A stretch of 24,292 bases of DNA from a virus (taxonomy: Duplodnaviria > Caudoviricetes), in IMG/VR virus record IMGVR_UViG_3300044657_000762, positions 1-24,292 of that record. The stretch is one strand, 5' to 3'. Positions 9,801-17,276 of this stretch are shown here, piece after piece. Within the stretch, counting starts at the first letter, position 1. Each line of letters starts with the position of its first letter. Below the pieces are notes generated by a model. That model made no database searches. It was not told the origin of the DNA and saw nothing but the letters and a program-made list of their open reading frames with translations. The position numbers and the translations under genes are program-made.

Positions 9801-11599
9801 GTGCTTATCTGAGGATATTCCGTCAACGGACATCCTGTATCTGTTGTTTGAATTCCGGTAGGTCGATCAGGGTAAATGTCTTCACTGATTACCTCTGCGA
9901 AGAACCGCATGGAATCCAACTCGGCGTATCCTACTCCTGTAAGTCTGAACTGAAAAGTGTTACCTAAGTTTCCTGGCGTAGCCGTATCTGTTTTGGTCGA
10001 TGTGTTCGGTGGGTTACCGAAGCTACGTCTTGGTCTGGAACTAGGTCTGAGATCCTTGGGATCTACGCACCCACTGAAGTCACTGTCGCAGAAATCAGTT
10101 TTGGCGTTCTCACTCCAAGTTGCCCATTGGTTCCATACCACTGACTCATCCGGTCTAGTATACAAAGTAAAGTCAACCTGCCCACGAACCTGTCGCAGCC
10201 ATGTCTCAAACCGATCCAGTCGTTTCATTTCAAACGGTGAATCAAATCTAGTTCCTCGGGTTTCGACATACCATTCGATGGGTTGTTCCGAGGTTCCGTT
10301 GTAGTCTGTCGTGGAGTCAGAGTCCAGTTCCCACAGCTCAATGTCTGAACCGTCCAGTGCAAACACAAACCCGCGTTCAACTCCCTGAAACGATCCGTTT
10401 ACCAAATGCAGGAAGTCCAACCCAGTCCATATGCCGTCATAGGCAAGTGGTGCGTTTACTCGGATGCCGCTAATCGGATTGAAGTCCAGACTCGCTATGG
10501 CCTTGTGAATTATTCCTCGACTGGATCTACGTCCCACGCATGTGTGCAACAGCCTGTTGTCAAACTGTGCTGAACTGGAATACCCAAGTAGCTTGGGATC
10601 TTCGTTGTCCAGTGCCCGATTGATTTCGTTGCTGATGGGTGACACACCTGGTGACTGGAAATCTCGTCGTGCAAAAACCATCGAACGTATTCCGTCTTCT
10701 GATCTGAAGTAAAGATCACCGTTGACGTTGATAGGAGTATAGGGGCCGACCGATCCGCTAGGAGCAACTAACCTCTGGACCGGATACGACAGGTTCTTCC
10801 ACTGAGTTCTATCAGTAGGGACGTTTGTCGCAAAGGCACTGTTCTTCGTAAACACTATTAGCTCACCATCACCCAGAGCAGTGTCCAACGACCCCATAAT
10901 CTGCATGGCAGTTATACTACCTGCGTTTGACGGAGTAGCGAATGCACCACCTTCGTTCAAGTAATCGTTCTCCGTAAACTTCAGGACTGCGTCTCGACGG
11001 TTCAAGTCAGGGTTGCCGCTGGATGATCCTACAAGATCTCCGGCTGCATACTCCGACCCTCTACCCACCCATAGTCTCCCGTTTCCGTATGTGGATATGG
11101 CTCCGGTAGGGACTTCGTCGCTCAGGGCACTTGAACGTCTGGACTCTGCCCTGTTGTAAATGATTGGTGCCGCCTGACCGTCTTGGATAACCATCCAGTC
11201 TTCGGCTTGTTGAAAAGTAACCAGCTCTTGGTAGGCACTGTTGCGACCCGTGTCAGGAGTTACGTCTGCCACTCGGTAGTTGCGAAGCGGGTTGATCGAA
11301 AAGATCCTGCCGCCAATCGAACACATGATCTCCGATTGATCTCCTACAGACCTGAAATATCCCGCTCCCTGAAACCTGGCAGTCGCTTGTTGAAAGTTGT
11401 TGCGATCCGTGTCTGACGCAAAGGTGAGCGTCCGCTTGCGGAGTCCAGGTCTAGGACTAACTGAACCACCACGCACCACACAGTTAGCTGCCCAAGCAAG
11501 TTGGTTGGGCTGAAGCAACTTTGGTTGTAAGTTGCTGTCAACCCCTCCTTCAAAGGACACATAAGCATCCCCCTGTAATTTGGACTTGGACTGTGCCAT
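9797..11599 (-). CDS. Tail nozzle / tubular protein B (P22 gp10-like stabilization protein), 600 aa
   Basis: Beta-propeller-like ORF with SFEGG...N.VVRGG.V.PRPG at the start, YGNGRLWVG and NGDLYFRSEDGIRS...PIS.EI. The size and position fit a podovirus nozzle. Confidence 0.7.
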   Translation of the reverse strand: MAQSKSKLQGDAYVSFEGGVDSNLQPKLLQPNQLAWAANCVVRGGSVSPRPGLRKRTLTFASDTDRNNFQQATARFQGAGYFRSVGDQSEIMCSIGGRIFSINPLRNYRVADVTPDTGRNSAYQELVTFQQAEDWMVIQDGQAAPIIYNRAESRRSSALSDEVPTGAISTYGNGRLWVGRGSEYAAGDLVGSSSGNPDLNRRDAVLKFTENDYLNEGGAFATPSNAGSITAMQIMGSLDTALGDGELIVFTKNSAFATNVPTDRTQWKNLSYPVQRLVAPSGSVGPYTPINVNGDLYFRSEDGIRSMVFARRDFQSPGVSPISNEINRALDNEDPKLLGYSSSAQFDNRLLHTCVGRRSSRGIIHKAIASLDFNPISGIRVNAPLAYDGIWTGLDFLHLVNGSFQGVERGFVFALDGSDIELWELDSDSTTDYNGTSEQPIEWYVETRGTRFDSPFEMKRLDRFETWLRQVRGQVDFTLYTRPDESVVWNQWATWSENAKTDFCDSDFSGCVDPKDLRPSSRPRRSFGNPPNTSTKTDTATPGNLGNTFQFRLTGVGYAELDSMRFFAEVISEDIYPDRPTGIQTTDTGCPLTEYPQIST

Positions 11600-12774
11600 T
11601 AGGCTAGGCTCTTAGCGGTTTGATACCAAACATAAGTGGAACCGTTGTAAATAGCTTTTAGGGTTAAGGACTCGTGGTAGTTACTCCCGCCTGTTCCTCC
11701 TAAAGTGTCAGGCACATCGGAAGAACTCCCCGGACCACGGACTATGAATCCCGAAGCGTCTGTTCCCAAAAAATTTATCGTGTCTGAGTTATTGTTTACG
11801 ATAGTCAAATACTTTGAAGCGGATGCAGTCGCATAACTATTCGCAGCAGGTAAGGTAAGGCTTACAGGGGAGGCAGACCCAATTAGTAAAACAGTAACGC
11901 CAGGATTATCATCGCCAGGAACATCTGTTAAAGTTAACGAGGAAGCCTTAGCAACACGAACAAGTTTATCCCCAGGCACAATAGTCGTGGACGTGTGAGA
12001 TGCCCAAGCAACGATAGTCCCGTTGGACTGAAGTATCGTATTAGGACCACCAATAGGCAAAATATTAGCTTGCCCCCCTGTCCCGCCAACAAGCAAGTCG
12101 CCCTGATTTGTCATCGGACTCAAGGCATCAAAACCAGCCAACGCCGTCGCCGCCCCAGTCCCACCATTGGCTACAGGAACCTGTCCGGTGATACTGGTGT
12201 TGGTTCCTCCAAGATCCACCGCACGATAAATCAAACCCATAGTCTCCCCAGAATCTGCATGCAGAATCTGGTTGTCTGGTCCCACACCAAGAGACGCATT
12301 CGCTGACCCAGTGTGACCACTCAAGTCCCCTTTCTGAGAGTTGATAGCAACCGTCGGATTTGGGTAAGTGCCACTCAGATCACCGCCAGCAATTCCAGCG
12401 AGGGATCCAGCCGGTCCCTGAACTCCACCAGAACATACTTTATTGGCCGCTGAAATCGGCGTGGACGGGGCGGCGTTTGCTGGGTATGCACCAGAAGCCG
12501 TATCTTCCAGATTACGCAGCACAACCGTCGTTGTGTCTGTGATCGTCACCACGGCCATGTATCCAGCGGTCTGGACATACAAAGTCTGACCAACACTCAT
12601 CCAGTCAGTGTTCCCAACTGACACAGATACAGTCGCCAACTCCGCTGGCATCAGGAATGAACTTGATACAGTTGAGTAAGCGTTCTGGCCGTTAGTGCCA
12701 TTGGTGCCGTCTGTTCCAGCAGAACCCCTAGGGCCAGGGGCTATAACGATGTTTGTTTGTTCTGGGCAGCTCAT
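11599..12774 (-). CDS. Tail fibre protein, 391 aa
   Basis: Collagen-like GXY run (PGPRGSAGTDGTNGTNG), fibre repeats GGDLSGTYPNPTV and VPVANGGTGA, and a C-terminal LTLPAA...TIVN...SLTL....W domain. Confidence 0.75.
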   Translation of the reverse strand: MSCPEQTNIVIAPGPRGSAGTDGTNGTNGQNAYSTVSSSFLMPAELATVSVSVGNTDWMSVGQTLYVQTAGYMAVVTITDTTTVVLRNLEDTASGAYPANAAPSTPISAANKVCSGGVQGPAGSLAGIAGGDLSGTYPNPTVAINSQKGDLSGHTGSANASLGVGPDNQILHADSGETMGLIYRAVDLGGTNTSITGQVPVANGGTGAATALAGFDALSPMTNQGDLLVGGTGGQANILPIGGPNTILQSNGTIVAWASHTSTTIVPGDKLVRVAKASSLTLTDVPGDDNPGVTVLLIGSASPVSLTLPAANSYATASASKYLTIVNNNSDTINFLGTDASGFIVRGPGSSSDVPDTLGGTGGSNYHESLTLKAIYNGSTYVWYQTAKSLA

Positions 12775-12777
12775 ATC

Positions 12778-13116
12778 TTATGCACTCAAAGCGTCTTCAT
12801 CTGCACGAACCCAAACCCCACCCGTAGTGTAGTCGCTTGGCCGCACGTAGTTCACCCCGTCATCCGCATTGGTGCCGGTGTTGTCCCACCTCCAGTTGGT
12901 GAAGTCTGTTGGGGTTGCCCCAAACACAACCGCGTATCTGTTGGTAGATGAAGTCAGGACTGCCCGCAAATCGGACAAGGAATCCACTGCATATATGCCC
13001 ACCGCTGCGGAACCTTTTACCTGGGCAAGGATATACGCATCCAGCGTGGTGGTGGTAATCGCCGTGCCATCAGCACAGTTACAACAGTCATTCGGATTGG
13101 GCAATGCACTAGCCAT
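12778..13116 (-). CDS. Small structural protein resembling a tailspike N-terminal module, 112 aa
   Basis: The pattern VDSLSDLRA...V.G...WRWD....DDG...VRP....G.WVR is recalled from tailspike N-terminal domains. It is the first gene of the structural operon. Confidence 0.55.
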   Translation of the reverse strand: MASALPNPNDCCNCADGTAITTTTLDAYILAQVKGSAAVGIYAVDSLSDLRAVLTSSTNRYAVVFGATPTDFTNWRWDNTGTNADDGVNYVRPSDYTTGGVWVRADEDALSA

Positions 13117-13125
13117 ACCAAACGG

Positions 13126-13154
13126 AGGCTACCCGACTAATTTTGCCTTGACAA
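13126..13154 (-). promoter_or_regulatory. sigma70-like promoter for the structural operon
   Basis: Minus strand TTGTCA-17 nt-TAGCCT, ending 9 nt before ATG 13116, with no SD sequence. Confidence 0.55.
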
Positions 13155-13155
13155 T

Positions 13156-13207
13156 AAAAATCCCGCCTCAACCAGAGTATCCAACAGCCGGTTGAGACGG
13201 GAATTTT
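13156..13207 (-). terminator. Intrinsic terminator ending the 13.3-18.2 kb operon
   Basis: Minus-strand stem UCCCGUCUCAACC / GGUUGAGGCGGGA (one G-U pair) followed by UUUUUAUU. Confidence 0.75.
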
Positions 13208-13276
13208 CGAGTCGTTCCAAACTCTCAATGAAGTCTACCCCCAAACCCACTCGGATCCGGGACTGACGAGCAAAAG

Positions 13277-13444
13277 TTACCACTGAGGCCCAGTATCGTC
13301 AAACAAATCTCCACTCGGTGGCACCATTTGAACGTAAGGCATCAGTGAAAACAACATGGCTTGGCAGTCCTGGTTCACACGACGTGCGTTATACAGCAGA
13401 AGCCACTGAATCAGAATGACCACAACTAGAAAGTATGATCTCAC
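13277..13444 (-). CDS. Small membrane protein, 55 aa (paralog of 13905-14063)
   Basis: GTG start in a GTGA overlap with the stop at 13441. Translation MRSYFLVVVILIQWLLLYNARRVNQDCQAMLFSLMPYVQMVPP... Confidence 0.65.
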   Translation of the reverse strand: MRSYFLVVVILIQWLLLYNARRVNQDCQAMLFSLMPYVQMVPPSGDLFDDTGPQW

Positions 13445-13776
13445 AGATCGTAGACGGTGCCTAAGCCTTTCTGCCAGTTTGCTTTGACTTGGGAAAGGTT
13501 TAATTGGTTTAGGTCTTGGAACAGTTCCATTGCTAGTGCTGAACATTCCTTGTAGGCATCGGGTGCTATGGATTTGTCTGTGATGGTTTGGTTAGCGATG
13601 GGGTCATGGATGGACCATGGGCCACGCAGGGGTTGATCCATAACGAAGTCAGTCTTGTTGTTGTCTGGGGTTAAATCGCGGAAGATGGCGATGATTTCCG
13701 TGTTGCACTGGGGATGGGACCATGACGCCTGGACGTAGGCGTCACCGATTTCGAGTAGTGTCTTTCTTTTAGCCAT
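13441..13776 (-). CDS. Hypothetical protein, 111 aa
   Basis: ATG start after an A/C-rich leader, co-oriented with the operon. Confidence 0.75.
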   Translation of the reverse strand: MAKRKTLLEIGDAYVQASWSHPQCNTEIIAIFRDLTPDNNKTDFVMDQPLRGPWSIHDPIANQTITDKSIAPDAYKECSALAMELFQDLNQLNLSQVKANWQKGLGTVYDL

Positions 13777-13808
13777 GTAATGTAGGGTTATAGGTTGAGT
13801 AGGGTGAT

Positions 13809-13883
13809 TTAGTCAAGACCGAGGAGGAGTCCTGTGATGAATCCTATGATGAATCCTAGTATGAGTATTGTAGTTGGTTCCAT
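13809..13883 (-). CDS. 24-aa glycine-zipper membrane peptide
   Basis: MEPTTILILGFIIGFITGLLLGLD fills the gap between two genes and has GxxxGxxxGxxxG spacing. Confidence 0.5.
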   Translation of the reverse strand: MEPTTILILGFIIGFITGLLLGLD

Positions 13884-13904
13884 TATGGTTACTTCGTTCG
13901 CTTT

Positions 13905-14063
13905 CTAAGGTGTGAGTTCCACATGTGGCAACAACGACATCATTGTGGATTCGCAGTCTGCCAGTTTATATCGCAGCCCCCTAATCATCATGCTTTGAAG
14001 CAGTATGACAAAAATCAACGATGCCACCGTAAAACCCATGATAGATACCAAGTGATTTTTCAT
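13905..14063 (-). CDS. Small membrane protein, 52 aa (paralog of 13277-13444)
   Basis: ATGA overlap with the stop at 14060. Translation MKNHLVSIMGFTVASLIFVILLQSMMIRGLRYKLADCESTMMSLLPHVELTP. Confidence 0.65.
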   Translation of the reverse strand: MKNHLVSIMGFTVASLIFVILLQSMMIRGLRYKLADCESTMMSLLPHVELTP

Positions 14064-14368
14064 AATATTTCAGGCAGACTAATGTCCAGCCAGTGGGTGA
14101 TGTTTTCGAGCACCCAATACATGTTCTCTGCATTATACAACGCTGAGTCGGTTTCACCGTCAAGCCAAGCAACGTAGTAATCTCCTGTTTTCTCCGGCAA
14201 CCGCTCATCCACGCTCACCCATTTGCCTGCCGCAAAGGGCTGAATCGCATCAGCAATCTCTGACCGTAACGATGCCACGATCTTCCGTCGTGCGGGTGTG
14301 TCAACTGGATCACCTGTTGCAGTTACCGCTGTCATGATGCAGGAAAGCATTTCTTCTTGTGGTGTCAT
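14060..14368 (-). CDS. DUF551-like phage protein (likely start ATG 14368, 102 aa)
   Basis: C-terminal WVSVDERLPE...Y.V....ITHW...LPE signature. The upstream part of the track ORF is occupied by another gene. Confidence 0.7.
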   Translation of the reverse strand: MTPQEEMLSCIMTAVTATGDPVDTPARRKIVASLRSEIADAIQPFAAGKWVSVDERLPEKTGDYYVAWLDGETDSALYNAENMYWVLENITHWLDISLPEIL

Positions 14369-14372
14369 ATCT

Positions 14373-14519
14373 TTAAATGTTTGCTGCACATTCCTGTCTG
14401 CATTTCTCGCAGCAGTTGCAAGGGATTTCCACATCATCAACCTCAGCCGTATAAGGGCATACGTCCGGTTCTGCGGGTTCGCCACACTCGCATAAAACAA
14501 CGTCTTGCCCTCCACTCAT
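14373..14519 (-). CDS. 48-aa Cys-rich acidic mini-protein (8 Cys), not in the ORF track
   Basis: ATGA overlap with the stop at 14516. Translation MSGGQDVVLCECGEPAEPDVCPYTAEVDDVEIPCNCCEKCRQECAANI. Confidence 0.75.
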   Translation of the reverse strand: MSGGQDVVLCECGEPAEPDVCPYTAEVDDVEIPCNCCEKCRQECAANI

Positions 14520-14854
14520 TTCTCCACCTCACTCTCACGCAGCACGATGTAGACTGGTTTGATGTAATATGAATCTGTTGCATGATCGATTGCGGTTCCT
14601 TTTTCCGGATAACAACACTGAAAGTTACCATCGCTACCAAACCCAGCCCAAGCCTCTTGCATCTCGTCGGGGTTGGGGATGCGCTGCCATTGGCCCTCAA
14701 GTCCGTCTACTTTAAACATGCTGTGATTATCCCAACTGATAGGTATTATATGGATCACTCCCGCGTATAACACTGCTTGGACAATCTCCCACTCGTCGCC
14801 CTCTTTGGCTCGCCAATGATAATCGCCTGGTTGGGTTGGTAGTTTAGTGGTCAC
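14516..14854 (-). CDS. Hypothetical phage protein (likely GTG start 14854, 112 aa)
   Basis: GTGA overlap with the stop at 14851. Begins TTKLPTQPGDYHWR. Confidence 0.7.
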   Translation of the reverse strand: MTTKLPTQPGDYHWRAKEGDEWEIVQAVLYAGVIHIIPISWDNHSMFKVDGLEGQWQRIPNPDEMQEAWAGFGSDGNFQCCYPEKGTAIDHATDSYYIKPVYIVLRESEVEK

Positions 14855-15090
14855 GGTTTTTCTGTCCCATCGTCCGGGCGAACCCCTATATAATATCCGC
14901 TTTTTCCATAAGGTGAATCCATACCGCAGTGAGCACACCGGTGTTCTACGTCATTGTTCTCAAGTTCCTCAGAATCCCAACCGTGCTTGTGGTATCGAGC
15001 GCAGTGGCTGCACCATACGCGAATTGTTTTTCCACTTTGGCTAACGTCCCCGACCAGTAATGGCCGAGCTTGTTTGTTGTGTCTCTTCAT
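14851..15090 (-). CDS. Small Cys/His (putative zinc-binding) protein, 79 aa
   Basis: Motifs WCSHCARYHKHG and HRCAHC, with 4-nt start/stop overlaps at both ends. Confidence 0.75.
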   Translation of the reverse strand: MKRHNKQARPLLVGDVSQSGKTIRVWCSHCARYHKHGWDSEELENNDVEHRCAHCGMDSPYGKSGYYIGVRPDDGTEKP

Positions 15091-15254
15091 TTATCACACT
15101 CCTTGATTGCTTGTTCTAATTCTGCTTTAGGACCGCCCGAGTCGTAAGCCCAAGGCACATAGCACATAACTTTTCTGGCTATCTCCAATAGCCGTTTAAA
15201 CTTAGCCTCGCGGCAGTCACATGCGTAGTGGCAGGTGGTGCATTGGTTGCTCAT
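15087..15254 (-). CDS. 55-aa Cys-rich mini-protein, not in the ORF track
   Basis: ATGA overlaps at both ends. Translation MSNQCTTCHYACDCREAKFKRLLEIARKVMCYVPWAYDSGGPKAELEQAIKECDK. Confidence 0.7.
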   Translation of the reverse strand: MSNQCTTCHYACDCREAKFKRLLEIARKVMCYVPWAYDSGGPKAELEQAIKECDK

Positions 15255-16381
15255 ATGATTTGCTCTCCTTGCTTGTACCAGCCTATGTCCCTGGTGAACT
15301 TGTAGCCCTTATCTTTAATCACAACCGGAAATGTCCCCAAAGTCTGAGCAACATCTTGATTCTGCCCAGGCTTGTGCTTCATGATCGCCAGGGCAAGCTG
15401 ATCCTTCATTGCCCATGTGCGACCATCGTGCGTGCCGCCATCATGCATCGCGCAAGCTGTCACCGTGCGACCTTGGCCGGTTGACATGATCCCTGTGACC
15501 ACGCCGTAGAAATTCAGCCCATGAAACTGAATATTGTTTCCAGAAACGCATATCCCAGCATTCCTTCGGTTCCACTTGTGTTTGCCTTCGATTAGGCAGT
15601 TGGAAAAGATCGGGTCAGGTAAGTAGTTGTTCCCGCTTGGGTCTTGCACAACTGGATACCAATCAGCGGTCAGGGCCGGTCCATGCTTGATGACAATGCT
15701 AGCCCCTTGGTGAGCTTGGATGTTGCAGTCCTTGATCCTCAGATTAAATGCATTGTCGCTGATGTAAATAGGCATGGTCCCGTTCTGCCCCACGATTGTG
15801 ACGTTGCTTATTGACTGCTCAAAGTTGCGAATTCTGCGGCCTTTTACAATTGTGGTTGGCTCGATATATAGCCCCACTGGCGCGTCGGTTTGGTGCCACC
15901 ATCCGTTGTTGTCTTTCAGCGTGACTTCCCCGAAGCTCAGAAACCTTAAACAACTCCCCATGTGCGCGTGACTGGTAAGCTGGAAAGACCCTGGGAGACT
16001 CGCGGTATTCTTGAACCTGTAAACCGGTTCAACGCATTTGATGACAACCTTAGGAGCCTCAAATGATCCATATCCACCCTCACCCCATGGTGATGGACCC
16101 TGATGCTCCCACATTTGCTCTGAGCTGTCACGATATGGGGCTTGGAGTGCTTGCCCTTTTAGAATGATGTCTTCCCATGAGTCATCAGCAAACCCGTAAG
16201 GATCGTTTTTTAGCGTGAACTCAAACGGATTGCTTGAGGTTGTCTCCAATGCTTGAACACGATTTTTGATTCTTGATAATAGCTCATTCAATTGCCCCAA
16301 TGATTCTTCAGTATCCGCTTTATGCTCTGGATAGCTTGCGATTGCTTGTAGGGATTTGCCTAATTCTTCTAAATTTTTCAT
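15251..16381 (-). CDS. Coiled-coil plus probable parallel beta-helix (pectate lyase-like) protein, 376 aa
   Basis: N-terminal heptads, then rung-like segments ISNVTIVG, LRIKDCNIQ, IFSNCLIEG, IQFHGLNFYG and TVTACAMHD. Confidence 0.55.
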   Translation of the reverse strand: MKNLEELGKSLQAIASYPEHKADTEESLGQLNELLSRIKNRVQALETTSSNPFEFTLKNDPYGFADDSWEDIILKGQALQAPYRDSSEQMWEHQGPSPWGEGGYGSFEAPKVVIKCVEPVYRFKNTASLPGSFQLTSHAHMGSCLRFLSFGEVTLKDNNGWWHQTDAPVGLYIEPTTIVKGRRIRNFEQSISNVTIVGQNGTMPIYISDNAFNLRIKDCNIQAHQGASIVIKHGPALTADWYPVVQDPSGNNYLPDPIFSNCLIEGKHKWNRRNAGICVSGNNIQFHGLNFYGVVTGIMSTGQGRTVTACAMHDGGTHDGRTWAMKDQLALAIMKHKPGQNQDVAQTLGTFPVVIKDKGYKFTRDIGWYKQGEQII

Positions 16382-16384
16382 AAT

Positions 16385-16768
16385 TCAAAAAGGAACGTCT
16401 TGACCATTGGTTGGTTGCTGTTTCTCTGCTTTATCAGGCCAATCAATGGGCTCTATGTTTGTCACCTTCACTTTAGTTTTGGATCGCTTTTGGCCGGTTT
16501 GTTTGTCTTCCCATTCCTCTGTTACAAGCTGACCTTGTAGGTTGGTCCGTAATCCCTTCTTGAGATACTTGCCAGCAAACTCCGCGCGTGGTCCGAAAAC
16601 GCTGCATCCAATCCATGCGGTGGTTTCTTTGTCTTCTCCTTGCGCGTTCTTGAATTTCTGCCCACTTGCCAGGGTGAATTCAGCTATTGCTTTACCTCCT
16701 GGTGTGAATCTTAGTTCAGGATCTCTTTCGAGCCTTCCGCTTAATATGACGATGTTTGTATTGCTCAT
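16385..16768 (-). CDS. ssb: Single-stranded DNA-binding protein
   Basis: N.VILSGRLERDPELRFTP.G..., YLKKG...GQL..E.WEDK, and a C-terminal DVPF tail. Confidence 0.95.
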   Translation of the reverse strand: MSNTNIVILSGRLERDPELRFTPGGKAIAEFTLASGQKFKNAQGEDKETTAWIGCSVFGPRAEFAGKYLKKGLRTNLQGQLVTEEWEDKQTGQKRSKTKVKVTNIEPIDWPDKAEKQQPTNGQDVPF

Positions 16769-17055
16769 GATTCTTGAATTCTTTCTTTGATTCTTTGATA
16801 TGTCATTTTAAAGCCAGGATTAACATCCAACGCATCTGAAACCCTTTTCCGCGCATTGAACACAGAACCATGTGTGCGATTGCCGAAAAACGGCCCAATG
16901 GTTCCATCACTTAACAGGCAAAATTCACTGATAAGGTTCATTGCTGCCTGTCTTGCCACTCTTGGAAGCTCAAAATTTGAGGTGTTGAGTTCTTCGATTG
17001 TGGTAGCGAATTCTTCCGCCGTGATGGTTTTGATTTTTTCAATGATTGCTTTCAT
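16765..17055 (-). CDS. Stand-alone DnaA domain IV-like HTH protein (likely start ATG 17055, 96 aa)
   Basis: ARQAAMNL...LS...IGPFFGNRTHGSVFNARKRV matches the DnaA C-terminal signature RQ.AMYL...SL..IG..FG.RDHTTV.HA..KI. Confidence 0.85.
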   Translation of the reverse strand: MKAIIEKIKTITAEEFATTIEELNTSNFELPRVARQAAMNLISEFCLLSDGTIGPFFGNRTHGSVFNARKRVSDALDVNPGFKMTYQRIKERIQES

Positions 17056-17141
17056 ATTAATCCTTGTTTGTGTGGTTTTAAAAGAAATCAACCTACGCTT
17101 GCCTTAGCTTTGAAACTTGCTCCGGTAGCGAAAGCAAATCC

Positions 17142-17276
17142 TCAAAGGTTTTTAGTAGTGTCTCGTTCATATACAGGTCTTCCTTTTATGTCTATGCTGA
17201 TAGGCATTTCTCGTTTCATCCAAAAACGGTCAAACGCTCTCGTCCATTCTTCCAAGTTAAGTTTGGGTGGTTTCAC
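17142..17276 (-). CDS. Possible small hypothetical protein (start uncertain)
   Basis: GTGA overlap with the fcl stop. Translation VKPPKLNLEEWTRAFDRFWMKRE... Confidence 0.35.
   Translation of the reverse strand: MKPPKLNLEEWTRAFDRFWMKREMPISIDIKGRPVYERDTTKNL

Noticed and set aside
12772-12780. Stop-codon readthrough fusions (in-frame stop-NNN-ATG here and at 6253-6259 and 16381-16387)
   Set aside because: A 3-nt spacing is ordinary coupling. All three stop codons end genes normally, so there is no sign of recoding.
13264-13271. Hammerhead core CTGACGAG
   Set aside because: No stem II followed by GAAA, and no matching stems.
14369-14515. N-terminal 49 aa of the 151-aa track ORF
   Set aside because: This interval is better explained by the 8-Cys mini-gene in another frame with an ATGA overlap.
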